A stretch of 64,000 nt of DNA from Callorhinchus milii (Eukaryota): contig NW_024704742.1 of the NCBI RefSeq assembly GCF_018977255.1, forward strand, positions 63,738,001 to 63,802,000, written 5' to 3'. Position 1 is the first letter of the stretch. Each line of letters opens with the position of its first letter. The notes beneath the pieces are model-generated. The model had not been told where the DNA came from. It worked only from the letters and a program-made list of their open reading frames with translations, and ran no database searches. The position numbers and the translations under genes were made by a program. Shown in pieces: positions 15,190-27,408 of the stretch.

Positions 15190-15450
15190 AGCCAACTGAA
15201 GTGATGCTGAGCCTTACAGCCCCAAGAGGATTTCTCTTTTTTTTAAACTTTACTGATCTCAGCCAGGATGGCAAGTGGGGAGTGTAACATTGGTTTCAGT
15301 GCTTATGATCACAATACAATACTTATTCCTGGTTTGGGCAAGACCAGGCTTGGCTGTGATGCCCTCCATGATCAAATTATATACTGCCATTCACTGCCTT
15401 GGATCAAATACGAATAATGGGCATTTGGCTGAGCTTCTGGCTGTCATCTG
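15190..15450 (+). mobile_element. Ancient SINE resembling AmnSINE2
   Basis: ctgatctcagcc..gtgggg..attggtttcagtgc and ggcttggctgtgatgccc..tcaaat motifs; family assignment from memory. Confidence 0.5.
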
Positions 15451-16849
15451 GCACACTTGAAGCTTTACTCCAGCATGAGAGCGAAGAGAGCAGAAAGGAA
15501 AGAACATTGGGGAGAAAGTAGAATGAGAGAGTCAGTGAATCAACTCAGACCTGTGGAAAAAAAAACCTCTGAAAGTTTGTTTTTATCAATTTTGTCTTTG
15601 TCGTTTTGTTTGGAGTTTCAACAGTCTGGCAGTCCAATGTTCAGTCGATTTACCCAAGTCAAATTGTGTTGTATATTTCAATTTCATTCCAGCGATTTGT
15701 CTTACAGTACAGAGCAAATTCATTCTGTTTTCAAGTGCTAAATTGTGTGGCATTAGTAGATGGGAGTTACCTTAGATCCACTATCGTGGTAAATATAGAT
15801 CTGAATAAACCAAGCCTTGCTTTGTTGGTTTGCAAACAAAAGTTACATTTGCACAGATTAAAATACCAAATCCATAATAAACAGAAAATGAACAATTATC
15901 ACAGCAAATCGAGTACTTGCTGGAAACATGATCTATATTTGGACATTTACTATTCTTCAGTGGCTTAGAAAGTTGCACAACAACTTTCTCTTCTGGCTTT
16001 TCAGCGTAAAAGAACAAAAATCTTATGAAGTGTTTTCATACCCAAGACATGAAAGAGTGATGAATCGAGCGTTCAATTCCTCCTTGTGGAAAATTCTTTT
16101 TGTTATCACTTCAGAAGTGCTATTCTCCTATAACTGTCCCGAACGGAAATAAAAATAAACTAATTGGGATGCAAAGAGTGCCCTACTGTGTATATACTGT
16201 ACTATTAACATAAAATGTTTGACAGAAAATTTCTTTGATATAAATAAATACCGTATTGAGTGATTGGCACTGCAGATTATTTGTCACGGTGAGGAATTAC
16301 ATTATTTGCCATCCAATCATATTCACTCCTGTGCAGTATTTTTAAATGTTGGTTTGAGTGCGATAAACCAGGTCCATGTGAAGACTGGCAGAATGAATTT
16401 GGATAGTCTAATATTAGGAATGGGTATCGTAATTAAAGTGTGCTTACTTTATCAGTTTCTAATAAGTTCACAGCTGTCACAGAAACCTTAAACTATTATG
16501 TCTAACTTTAACTTGTTCTCATGTGCAGAAGATTTGTTATATTCTATTGTTTTTGTTGGAATGCTTAATCTGTACTTTTAGGTGATTGAAGCCATTCAGA
16601 GCTTCACATCCTTTCAGTATTTAGACAGCGTTCTTTGTCAAGAGAAGCATTCATATCTGGGTGGTGCTGTTCTTTCACTTCTCAACCTGGTTTCAATTAA
16701 ACATAGAACAATCTCTGCCTCTGCTAATTGTAAAGACCCTAAGTGAAATAGTTTGATGTTGTCCTGACCTTGTGGGTTTAGGCTAACTCAGGCTACTCAG
16801 GTTGTTGGTATGGGAAATAGAAAATGGCACATCAGCACATAATATTTAT

Positions 16850-17425
16850 TTGGGGTCAACTTGGTCGCTGCCACGTGGAAACCCATCACTGTGTCTGATA
16901 GTATTCAAGCCAGACAGAGTTCCACATATGTATGCTACATTTGTGTGGAAATGTTCCTGTGTCTGGAATACACTAAGCACTCTCTCCCAAGAGGAACTTG
17001 TCCTACTTACCTGATTTAGAAAAGTTGTCGAGAGCCAAGGCTTCAACAACAACAACAACATACATTTATGTAGTACCCCTTAGGCAGTTTAGGAACTCAG
17101 AGTGCTTGAGTACCTACGTACCTCTAGAGTACCTAAGCACACTCTAAGACAAGGCTTAGGTACTCGAGAGTGCATTGGTTTTTTTTTAAGTGTAATCAGC
17201 TAAAACCACATAACTTGCCGTTGCAGATGCTAATTGGCAAGATTCCTGTTGTTTGTCCAGTTAGATTGGCAGATTGGCAAGATTTCTGCTGTTTGTTCTA
17301 CCTGTTAGGATTTGGATTAACAGGACCCACGTATGAAAAAACCCTGCCCCATGTGGCTGGTTTGCTCTCCATGTCCTGCTGTCAAGCAAGGCAGGCTGGC
17401 ACTGTCATCAACAGTGCCTTGAAGC
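16850..17425 (-). mobile_element. Unclassified dispersed repeat (family X), old copy with nested insertion
   Basis: Shares gagccaaggctt, cagctaaaaccacat and tggcaag blocks with the copies at 32.3, 36.5, 51.6, 53.6 and 59.6 kb. Confidence 0.7.
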
Positions 17426-17624
17426 AAGTTGGGATTAAGGCACATTGTTGATTAGAGTAGAGGAAGCTTTACTCTCTGTGTGGGTGTCCATTAGCAACTA
17501 AAGAAGAAAAAACTCTTGTCACTGGATGTTCACCGGGAAGAATGTTTTGCTTCCTAACAATTCTTCACCTCGATGCCCCAATTTTTAATTAGATAATCTC
17601 GCTAAAACCATTGCTAGCATTAGA

Positions 17625-17815
17625 TGCTTTTACTCGCCTTGCTTCCTCCCTTGCCTCTTTCAAGATGCGTTTCATAACCCTCCCCTTGACCGAGCCTTCG
17701 GGTACCCTCACTGCCTTCCACTCTCCCCGATCCAACCCCCAGCTCGGGTCCAAATCCCTGACTGTCCAGCACCTTGGGACGTCCTCCTGACGTCAAATGT
17801 AATTTTGTATTGTAT
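17625..17815 (+). mobile_element. L2 LINE 3' fragment
   Basis: ttcaagatgcgtttc..ccaacccccagctcgggtcc..gggacgtcctcctgacgt. Confidence 0.75.
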
Positions 17816-17967
17816 TTTCTATTCAAAGGGTTCTAGATTCACATTGAAATAATTGTTCTTTTTATGGAAATTATTTCCTACGCAATGTGAACAATTAAAT
17901 GTGATCTGCACTTTGGCGTTTGCAAAAAAAAAGTGCATTTGATTAAAATCTTGCTCATTTCTTTCAG

Positions 17968-18243
17968 GGTATACCTCAACTGCCATGTGCCAAAGCAATA
18001 TACAACTATGAAGGAAAGGAGCCCGGTGATCTCAAGTTCAGCAAGGGAGACGTTATCATCCTGAGACGCCAAGTGGATGAAAATTGGTACCATGGGGAAA
18101 TCAATAGTGTTCATGGATTTTTCCCCACTAACTATGTTCAGATTATCAAACCTTTACCTCAGCCTCCGCCACAGTGCAAAGCACTTTATGATTTTGAAGT
18201 GAAAGATAAGGAAGCAGATAAAGACTGCTTACCATTTTCAAAG
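17968..18243 (+). CDS. SH3RF1: SH3RF1/POSH coding exon (SH3 domain 1 and start of SH3 domain 2)
   Basis: ctttcag acceptor, aag|gtaagg donor; 276 nt, phase 0-0; [92 protein letters not shown]. Confidence 0.97.
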
Positions 18244-18261
18244 GTAAGGGCTGTTGCTTTC

Positions 18262-18615
18262 CAAATGGTAGCACTCTCGCTTCTGAATCAGAAGATTGTG
18301 GGTTCAAGCCCCATGTCGGGAATTGGCATCGCATTCAGATAACCAAGGGCTGGGGTGGGGAGGGTAATGCATTGTGGGAGGTGCCATGGCACTATTCGAA
18401 AAGAGAAGGGCGTTTCTCCCGGTGTCCTGGCCAACAATCCCCCAAATAAAATTGGTCACTCTCTCCATGGCTGTTTGTACGACTTTGCTGTGCACAAACT
18501 GGCTGCCACATTTCACCCAAAAAACACACGAGCATTACAGTATATCATGTGAAGGGCTTTGAGACATCACAATGACATGATAAGGTGTTATGTCAAATGC
18601 AAGTATTATTATCAA
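18262..18615 (+). mobile_element. Deu-domain SINE with internal deletion
   Basis: tggtagcactctcgc..gggttcaagccc head; ccatggcactattcgaaaagagaaggg..ggtgtcctggccaac core; tattattat tail. Confidence 0.8.
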
Positions 18616-18823
18616 ACTATTCCAATGCCTATTAGTGTAGCTTATAAAAGTAGTATTTACCTAATGCAAAGTTTAGTTTGAAGCTTTATTTAAAAAAAAA
18701 CTGTCAATTTGCTTTTCACAGCGATTTGCTGTACTAAAATAAATTGTCTGCTATATTTATTCATTTTGTCTTGTTTAAAAAAAACTTTTTTTTATGCATG
18801 TTATTTTTTGTTTCCCTCTTCAG

Positions 18824-18919
18824 GACGATATCTTAACAGTGATACGCCGAGTGGATGAGAACTGGGCTGAAGGAATGTTGGGAGACAAGATAGGAATATT
18901 CCCCATTTCTTATGTTGAG
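18824..18919 (+). CDS. SH3RF1: SH3RF1 coding exon (rest of SH3 domain 2)
   Basis: ctcttcag acceptor, gag|gtgggt donor; 96 nt; [32 protein letters not shown]. Confidence 0.97.
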
Positions 18920-18930
18920 GTGGGTTGGTA

Positions 18931-19255
18931 CAGTGGAGCCCTTTTATAACATGGTGGTTGGGATCCATAAAATAGCAAGACTCAATAGCTGGTTTCAGCG
19001 TACAATCCTGCAGCAGGTCACCCTGCTCCCTGCGATCTGACTGGTTCCCGTACTAAAAGAATTATGGCTGACTCAGGGCAAACCATGTTTGCAAAGCAGG
19101 AAGTGATGTGATGACCCATTGGCCAATTTGGCGTGATAGCCATTTGGCATGAGAAGTGAGCATGGGTACACACATGCACAGTGAATGGGGTCCCCTCTGC
19201 TACTGCGTTATAACCAAATTTGCTCTATAAAGCACATTTTTACAGAGTTCTGCTG
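18931..19255. mobile_element. MITE-like non-autonomous DNA transposon (TA target, Tc1/mariner-type ends)
   Basis: TA|cagtggagccc ... gttctgctg|TA; the right end is shared with the copy ending at 45787. Confidence 0.6.
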
Positions 19256-19969
19256 TATTTTCATGAGGTGGGGCAGTTTAACATCCAGATTCATGGGGGT
19301 GGAGAGATCTTATTTTTTTCAAAACAACTTATTGTGTGTTCGAAAATGAATATGTTGCCTCCTTGAAGTGACTGATTTGGGGAAAATTAGTTTTAAAGGA
19401 TATTCTGCATTCCATTATATATATAATTTTATAATATATATATGTGTGTGTGTGGAGTGGAAGATTGATCCCTCTTCTATGGAATTCTGAGTCTTGCTGT
19501 GGGATGCTGAGGTGTTACAATCACCTAGTCTCGGACATCTGTGTTTAACGAGTGGGTCAGACTTACAATGCTGTATTAAAAGTATCTTGTGTAAAAATAT
19601 TATCAACCATATTGTTTAAGCAGTGAGATGTGAAAGTAACTATTGTTCTTATGTCCCATGAAGCCTCATGTGCAATAATGTGTGCAGATCCAGCATTCAA
19701 GCATCAAAAGGTCTTTTGTCGCCTTGGAAAAGGTCAGATAGAGCAGAAAGGGAGTTTCTAAATTATCAAGAGGGGCTTGTGACTGAACTTCATTTCACGG
19801 GAGAATGGGCAGAGAGTGGGATATGATCTAGAACTTTATCGATTATATCGATGCAAGCAGGTTATTTGACTGAATAAAACTAATCTTGACTAAAGATTTA
19901 AGATTAGAAGCTGGATATGTAGAATTGGTTTCCAGCCAAATGGCAGTTAGGAACAGGAATGGAATTATA

Positions 19970-20235
19970 AAAACGAGTACAGATTGAATAGTGTGTGAAA
20001 TATCAAGGTTTGTGAGCTGCTTTGACCATGAAATTGTCTTACCAAGGGATACAGACAGTCAAGGATGAATAATGCAGGATAGATTTGATGGATGTTCTGG
20101 AAGATATTTTGAGAACCTTTTTGTCAGGAGAATAAATGAATCAGATAGAATGTTCCAATAGTGGATTGCTTGTTGTCTGTGAATTTAAAGGGATTGATGG
20201 GCCAAATGGCCTATTTCCATTTAATGCTTTCTTAT
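19970..20235 (+). mobile_element. Degraded CR1 3' fragment
   Basis: gtgtgtgaaat..ttaccaaggga..gatagatttg..gatgggccaaatggcctatttcc..ttcttat. Confidence 0.5.
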
Positions 20236-20919
20236 ATTTTTCAGCCTAATATATTGCGAATATTCTGAATGTTGAACATTACAATATCTTTTACGATTCA
20301 ATTTTTTTTCACAATTGCAGATAAGGAAGCAATTGCTTTACCACTCCCCCCCCCCCCCACCCACCAAAACAAAGCTGCTCGATTTTATAAGCTGACATGG
20401 GAACTTGCCTGATTTAGTCAAACCCATGTGCATGTTGAAGCCTGTAATTTCATAACTCTTGGTAATTTGATGGTATAGCGTTTTCCACGTATCTAAGCAA
20501 ATGCTTAATTATTAGAACCGTACACAGCTTTGTACAGAATTTTATACGAAACTACAGAAGTGCTATTTCTTGAACTTTGTGCTTATAATGAATATAAACT
20601 AATGATATGCAAATAAAGCATACTAAAAGGGAGTGATAGAATATTTTAAATATCTTTGCATGTTAAATATTAGTTTACATTGAGGTAGAAACTTGCTAAA
20701 TTTCATGTGATTAGGTAAGAGCTTTTGGCTGGTATTAGAGATGGTAATTTACAGATGGATAGGACTATTATAGCAGGAGGTCTTTCAAATGCAAATAAGA
20801 AACTACAGTAAATCCTTTATACTCCCAACTATGCCAGCACACGAGTGACTAGAATATATTTAGGGTTATTTATGTGCTTTGAATTAATATCACTTATTAA
20901 TATATATTTTAATTTCTAG

Positions 20920-21228
20920 TTTAACTCAACAGCCAAACAGCTAATACACCTGGATAAGCCTTCTGCCTCCACTTCTGGAGGTGGTGATTCAGGAGAAGGC
21001 AGCAGTAATGCCTCAGGTATTGCCCAAAAGCCCACAGATATCACCAAGAAAAACACAAAAAAGCGTCACTCATTCACCTCATTAACTATGTCCAACAAAG
21101 CATCGCAGTCATCTCAGAACCGTCACTCCATGGAGATCAGTCCTCCTGTTCTCATAAGTTCCAGTAACCCAACAGCTGCTGCTCGTATCAGTGAGTTGGG
21201 TGGACTCTCTTGCAGTGCTCCTTCTCAG
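20920..21228 (+). CDS. SH3RF1: SH3RF1 coding exon (Rac-binding region, KKRHSFTS motif)
   Basis: tttctag acceptor, cag|gtaaga donor; 309 nt; [14 protein letters not shown]...[61 protein letters not shown]. Confidence 0.96.
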
Positions 21229-21363
21229 GTAAGATTCTAAATAGCTTTCAGTAATTGTTTCTATTTTGTAGGTGATTACATTCCTGTCCAAACATTTATG
21301 AAGTAAACAAATGGGGAATTATATCTAGTAGTTTGTATTAAAGTGTCCATGTACTACATAAAC

Positions 21364-21726
21364 TGGAGTCCTGTAGCTCAGTGGTTAGAGCACTCGCTTC
21401 ACAAGCGAGAGGAGCTGGGTTTGATTCCCAGCAGGGCGAAATGTTGGGCAAGTTCCCTTACTCCACACGCCTCTGTTTACCGAGCAGTAAGTAGGAACCC
21501 AGTTGTTAGTCGATTGGCGGATCACTTTTCTGGGGTAATAATTCCTTAAATAATAAATTGGTCACTCAATCCACGACTGTTTGTGGGACACTGCTGTGCA
21601 CAATTGGCTGCCACGTTTCACCCACAAAATATACAGTCAATTCACTTTACAGTATATTCTGTGAAGCGCTTTGAGACGTCTCAACGACGTGTAAGGCCCT
21701 ATATCAAATGCAAAGATTATTATTAT
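21364..21726 (+). mobile_element. Full-length tRNA-head SINE (long variant)
   Basis: Box A tagctcagtgg, box B-like ggtttgattcc, (tat)n tail; ataaac repeated on both sides (possible TSD). Confidence 0.9.
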
Positions 21727-23038
21727 AAACTGATTTTCTGACCTCAATTCAATTTTTGAATGTGTATAGTGTGCGTGTATGTATTGCATTCTTGTGTTTC
21801 AATATAATTGGTCCAGTTAATGTGGTGCCCATTTGGCATCTTTCATTCCCTGGATGACTAATTTGAATTGCTGATGTTCCCATTCCAATTATCTCCTATG
21901 TTTTGACAGTCAGTATTAGTGGTGATGGCAACATGGGTTTAAGTAGCGCACGTTGCAAATAGGAAAAATGGGAAATTCCACAAAATAATGGAAAATAACC
22001 AAATTGTAATTTGAAGTTGAGATTTGTTTTTAAATAAGTAATATAGTAATAATAAGTAATAATAAAAGTAATAATAAGCTCCATTTTAATTATTTTAAAA
22101 CATATGGTATAAATCTATACTATGACTGAAGTTCAGCACGATCCTAGTTTAAAACAATTTGACAACCGTACGACAACAACAAAATTATAACAACAATTAG
22201 GGGAATGCATTCAGTTTGGATATAAAGTTACCACACGGAGATAGTCTTGTATATGACACTAAGTGATTTTGATACAGATTCAAGATTGTGACAGAAAACA
22301 TTAAAGAAAATCCTCACAACCTCCTTATTCAAGTGCTGTTACCTAATGTCATTTTTTTAAACCAAAAACATTTTAGGAAAATATCTGATAGTATGACTGT
22401 AAAATGGTTATAAATTTGGAGGTTTAAGTGTTTGCATGGTTTGAGTTTTGTATGCTCTTGAAGTTAGATGTTTGTTATTCTTGCCAAAAAGGCATCAACT
22501 TTGAGCACCTTGAGATGCCCTCCTGATATAAAAGGTGCTATATCAAATGTGAGGATATTATAATTATTTGATATTCTTCCAGAAGAGTATCCATACTGTC
22601 TTCCTATTACAGCATTGAGCTTATTTATTTTTAAAATAAGTCCAGTGTCCTTGGCTCAACCAACCTTCCTGATAACTAAACTCTGTTTAAAGATATATTT
22701 CCTTGGAATTTGTTCTAAAATTTCCTTATGAAATCTTCTGTGCAGCCTCAAGGCATCTAATGTATAGATGTCTATTCAAAGCTAATGAGATATTGAAGAA
22801 GCATCTTACAGCCAAACATGAATAAAATACTATTGAAGAAAGGTAACTGTGTCAGATGGTCATCAGAAGAGTCCTCTTTCAAAGAACTGTAATGATAATT
22901 ATACCTTTACTTATTTACATAAAAGATTTATTACAATACATTTGTTCATTCTTTCTGAAAGAATATCAGTGCCAACAGCCTTCCAATATCTTACCTGAGT
23001 GACATCTTCATGTGTGATCTTAACATTATATGTGCATT

Positions 23039-23328
23039 GTGGAGTCCTGTAGCTCAGTGGTTAGAGCACTCACCTCGCAAGCAAGAGACCTGGGTTCAAC
23101 TCCCGGCAGGGCGAAACCTTGGGCAAGTTTCCTTACTCCACACGCCTGATAATAATCCCTCAAAAAAATAATAATTTGGTTACTCAATCCATGACTGTTT
23201 GTGGGACACTGCTGTGTGCAATTGGCTGCTGCATTTCACCCACAACCATACAGTCAGTTCATTTTACAGTATATTCTGCGAAGCGCTATGAGATGTCTAG
23301 AAGACCGTGAAAAGCGCTATATCAAATG
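23039..23328 (+). mobile_element. tRNA-head SINE (short, internally deleted variant)
   Basis: Same head as 21364; cacacgcct joined directly to gataataatccct. Confidence 0.9.
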
Positions 23329-26059
23329 TGGACTTTGCCCCAACATCGGCTCACATCCTCAATCATCCTGCGGAAATTTCCATTTGCTAGACCAGCAGTC
23401 TTACTATTCTTTTGAGTGATATTACCAAATTAAGAGAAATATGTTATGCTTGTGTCCACACACATCAGAACTGGATTGAGACAGTCTAAATTCATTTGAA
23501 ATAGTTCCTTACAGCCACCATACAGCAGAACCTTTTATCCCATACATTTAAGCCAAATTCATACGCAATTGTAGGAGCTTGAGGTGGTTGTACACACAAT
23601 TTAATTCATTACTGAGGGAACACTGAAATGTTAGATGCAGACGAGATGTTAAACTGAGGTGCCTTTGCCTGTTCAGGCAGCTGTTAAAGACCTTTTCAAA
23701 AGGAGCAAGGAGTTTCCAGGTATCTGTCGTTTAATTGGTCAATCACATCATGGGTGTTTGTGGGATTTAACTGGCACAAATGTCTGCAAGTCTGCCTATA
23801 AAGAACCCTTTCACGTGATAGTAATTACATGTGAAGCACTTTGGCACTTTGATGGGAGCTATTAAAAATGCAAGCTGTCTTTCAAGTATGAAAGGCCAGT
23901 GTGCTAATCAACTATACTTACCCATTGCCTTCAAAGCTGGCTCATTTTCAAATTCTCGTTCAGGATTGTTCAGTGCATTGCTGAAAAGATAGTATCACGT
24001 TAATCCATTATATCAATAAACAGACTTGCTAGGAACACTCAGTTCTCTGTCTGCTCAGCACTTGGCTGTGGATAGTGCACTCTCTGACTTTATCCTGTCC
24101 CTGAACAGTGCACTCCACAAATGAAAGTTCTAAATGATTTAAGGCATTTCTGGGTACAGGGTCCTGGACAAAAATACGTTGAAATTATTAACGTGGGTAC
24201 AATAGATACATGGGCTTACTTAGGAACGGAGCTCTTTGTAGCAAGCTTTGTTTGTGAATGAGTCTTTGTCTCATACTTGTTGTGTTTGTATGTCTTACTG
24301 CTTTCTCTCTCCTGATTTGTTGTCTCTGCCCCACTCTTGCTTATTCATTTGCCCTGTGGGTTTGTTCTGTCTGTGTGCATCATACTCTTCGTGTTCATCT
24401 TTCTCTGTTTCGCTCTCTCTCACCACCCCCTTCCCCTCTCCCTTTTTTCTTCTATCTCTAAGACTCATCCCCTTTCCCAAATTAAAAAAAGAGGGACTTA
24501 GTGTATAAATATTATCATTGCCAGGTATTGCCTTAATAGAAGGTATTACAAATGCAAAGATTATTATTTATTAAGTTTGTTATTATTTATTAAGTTTGTT
24601 TGGTGGGGATTGAGGAATAGATTGGCAGATAAGGAGATTAAATCAATGGGATAGAATGCAGGTTGGGATCACTGTGAAAGAAAGTGAGAGTTTCTCCTTT
24701 CCTACTATCCTTTTACTATGTGGCTTCAGAAGTCAGCACCGATAGGTAAATGGATATGACTGAAAGCTTATAATGAACAAATTGGAATTTTAGTGTCTTC
24801 TTGGAAATGGCATTTATTGTTACTCTCACTTTGGCAAAAAATAAAATACAAATCCTCGTGATATGATGATGATCACAGTTTGTTCTTTGACGAGCGTTTC
24901 TTCTGAATTAGGTCAGCTTAGAACGATAACAATTGCCAGTGATTTAATGGAAGTTTACAGAATGCTGAAGAGCAGACTTGAATGTTTGAATGAGCAGCAT
25001 ACCTTAATCTCTTGCCTGCAGAGGGTATGTTTGACAAGGGAAAATCAGTGTCACACAAAGCCAGTGCAGGTGTTCTTTTCTCCCTTAGTTCAACACATTA
25101 ATCATTTTCACTTAGTCAGCCATACTTATTGGCCTTGAGGTATAATCTGTATAAATAGAGGCTACAATGTAAAGCATGCCTGTGACTTTTTTTGATAATT
25201 TTCATATAATAAAGCAATTTATGTTTAAGAACTGGTTAAAATAAGTTTGCCATCTTCTAATAGAATATTTAGCTTTTAAATATACTTCGTCAAATTGGTG
25301 AATTACATGGTGCAAGCATACTTCCAGAAACCTAGCATTTTTATGACAATAATAATCTTTGCATTTGATATAGCGCCTTATGTTTTGAGATGTCTCAAAG
25401 TGCTTCATAAAATATACGATTGCAATGGGGACATTGCAATCAGAGGACATTTTCTGCTTTTAAATTTAATCTTGATATACATTGTCTGTACTTTAATAAA
25501 GTGTACCTTTTTAGTGCAAACCAGATTTTATACAAAACCTATCAATCAGGTTTGATACTTTTTTCAAAAAATTAATGCAGATAAAAAATATGGCCATATT
25601 CATTTTGGGCATTATTTAAAAACTATTTTGTGCTATGATCCACTTCACTGTAATCTGTAGCCTTGAAACTTGCAGGATGGACTAGGAAGAGGTTCTTAAA
25701 TTACTTTAAATGTGTAGTTTATTCCCATCAACTTTCCTGTTGACACAGAAAAGTGCATTGTATTATCCAATCAGTTAACTTAATATCTTGGTAATAAGAT
25801 GTATTTGGATTTCCCAAACTACATATATACAGAAACTGTAATTTAAATTGGGCATTAAAGTAGGCTAGGTTAAGACCAAGAAGCTTAGTGCTGGATTTTA
25901 GTGGCAGATGTCCTAATGCTCTCTGCGTCAGAAGTGATAGAGGAAAAATAGAAAATAATTCACATTTAAAATTCAGTCTTCTATTAAAAACTCTTTACAC
26001 TGTTCATGTATATTATCTCCTAACTCTTAACTTCACTGCCCTATCCTCCATTACTCTTG

Positions 26060-26315
26060 AACTTACCAGCTGCGTTGAATTGCAGGAAATTATATCATGA
26101 CCTGTCGATGCATGTAAACTTACCGACCGGCTGCATTGAATCGTGCGAAACGTAATATTGATCTGTCACTGCATGTGCAAAAGAACTTTATTTCCAGCGA
26201 TTCCAATGCTTGCCGGTAAGTGCACATGCGGTGACTGGTTCAGGCGTAATGAATCGTGAGAAACGTAGTCTTGACCCATCACCACATGTGCACTTACCGG
26301 CTGAATTGAATTGCA
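26060..26315. repeat. CpG-rich ~58-bp tandem units plus one inverted copy (hairpin)
   Basis: Unit cttaccggctgcattgaatcgtgcgaaacgt..tgacctgtcactgcatgtgca; inverted arms 26212-26235 and 26278-26301. Confidence 0.8.
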
Positions 26316-26534
26316 CATAGTGTAGATTATGTATTGAATCGGATTTTCTTCTGAAGTTGGCCAGATATGATTGGTCAATCGCTTTGTAGCTACTGGTAGG
26401 ACATTGCTGTGTGCATATTAGCTGTGTGTGTACCTACAAATTGCACCATCATTTCACATGATAGTAAATCTCCTCGAGTGAATATAGTGATATAATCTTG
26501 TGACTTGAGACATAATATGTATTTATTTTGATAG

Positions 26535-26645
26535 GTCCATATCAGCACGACTGGTTTAATAGTGACCCCACCTCCCAGCAGCCCTGTCAATACAGTAGCG
26601 CCATGTGCCTTCCCAACAGAAGGCACTTACACGGTTGCCCATGGG
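26535..26645 (+). CDS. SH3RF1: SH3RF1 coding exon
   Basis: ttttgatag acceptor, ggg|gtaagt donor; 111 nt, phase 0-0; [37 protein letters not shown] ([18 protein letters not shown] is characteristic of SH3RF1 as I recall it). Confidence 0.94.
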
Positions 26646-27104
26646 GTAAGTTACTTTACTGTGCTGCGGGTGTGCCTTTGGGAAATACCAAAATGTTTTT
26701 CTTTGCAAATATACTGAATATTCTCATTTAAATTGTAAACTACATTGAAAGGCAGAGCAGATCTTTGGTCTCTTGAGTTGGTGGTAGTCTCTAGCACATG
26801 TACCTTCATCCCAGTACATTGAAAATGTGGTTTTTGATGTAGAAGAATGATCTACTTTTAAAATCTGATTCCTTACCTAACCCAAATTAACAATCAAAGG
26901 ACCGGTTGATTCAAACCTTTTAACAATTTAATACTTTTATAGCTATTAAGTATACAAGAAATCATGAAATAACCCCTGGTCTTAGCCTTAAGACCATTGC
27001 CTTAAAATTTTAAACTGGTGCAGAATTTAGGAAAATACTTAAATTTTGTCTCAACTTAAAAGCCAGTTTTCCACAGATCTTTCTTTCAGGAGGTTTGGTA
27101 TTAA

Positions 27105-27408
27105 TAAATAATAATAATCTTTACATTTGATATAGCACTTTTCACATCTTCTGGACGTCTCAAAGCGCTTCACAGAATAGACTGTAAAGTGAATTGACTG
27201 TATATTTGTGAGCGAAACGTGGCAGTCAATTGCACGCAGCAGTGTTCCACAAACAGTCGTGGATTGAAGTGACATTTTTTGTTGTTTTTCTTGAGGGATT
27301 ATTATCAGGCGTGTGGAGAAACTTGCTAAGATTTCACCCTGCCAGGAATTGAACCCAGGTCTCTCGCTTGCAAAGCGAGTGCTCTAACCACTGAGCTACA
27401 GGACTCCA
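27105..27408 (-). mobile_element. tRNA-head SINE (short variant)
   Basis: Ends ctctaaccactgagctacaggactcca, the reverse complement of the head at 21364. Confidence 0.9.

Noticed and set aside
1..17967. RING-finger/ATG exon of SH3RF1
   Set aside because: No C3HC4 coding exon found; the region looks like one long intron, so the exon lies upstream of the window.
21364..21440. tRNA gene-like sequence (also at 23039, 27340, 32392, 59490)
   Set aside because: Box A/B heads continue directly into SINE bodies and tails; no clean acceptor stem or Pol III terminator.
24561..24598. 19-bp perfect tandem duplication (similar small ones near 34-60 and 41271-41303)
   Set aside because: Ordinary slippage or SINE-tail duplication.
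26060..26315. CRISPR-like repeat-spacer array
   Set aside because: Units are contiguous diverged tandem copies with no unique spacers, in vertebrate context with no cas genes.
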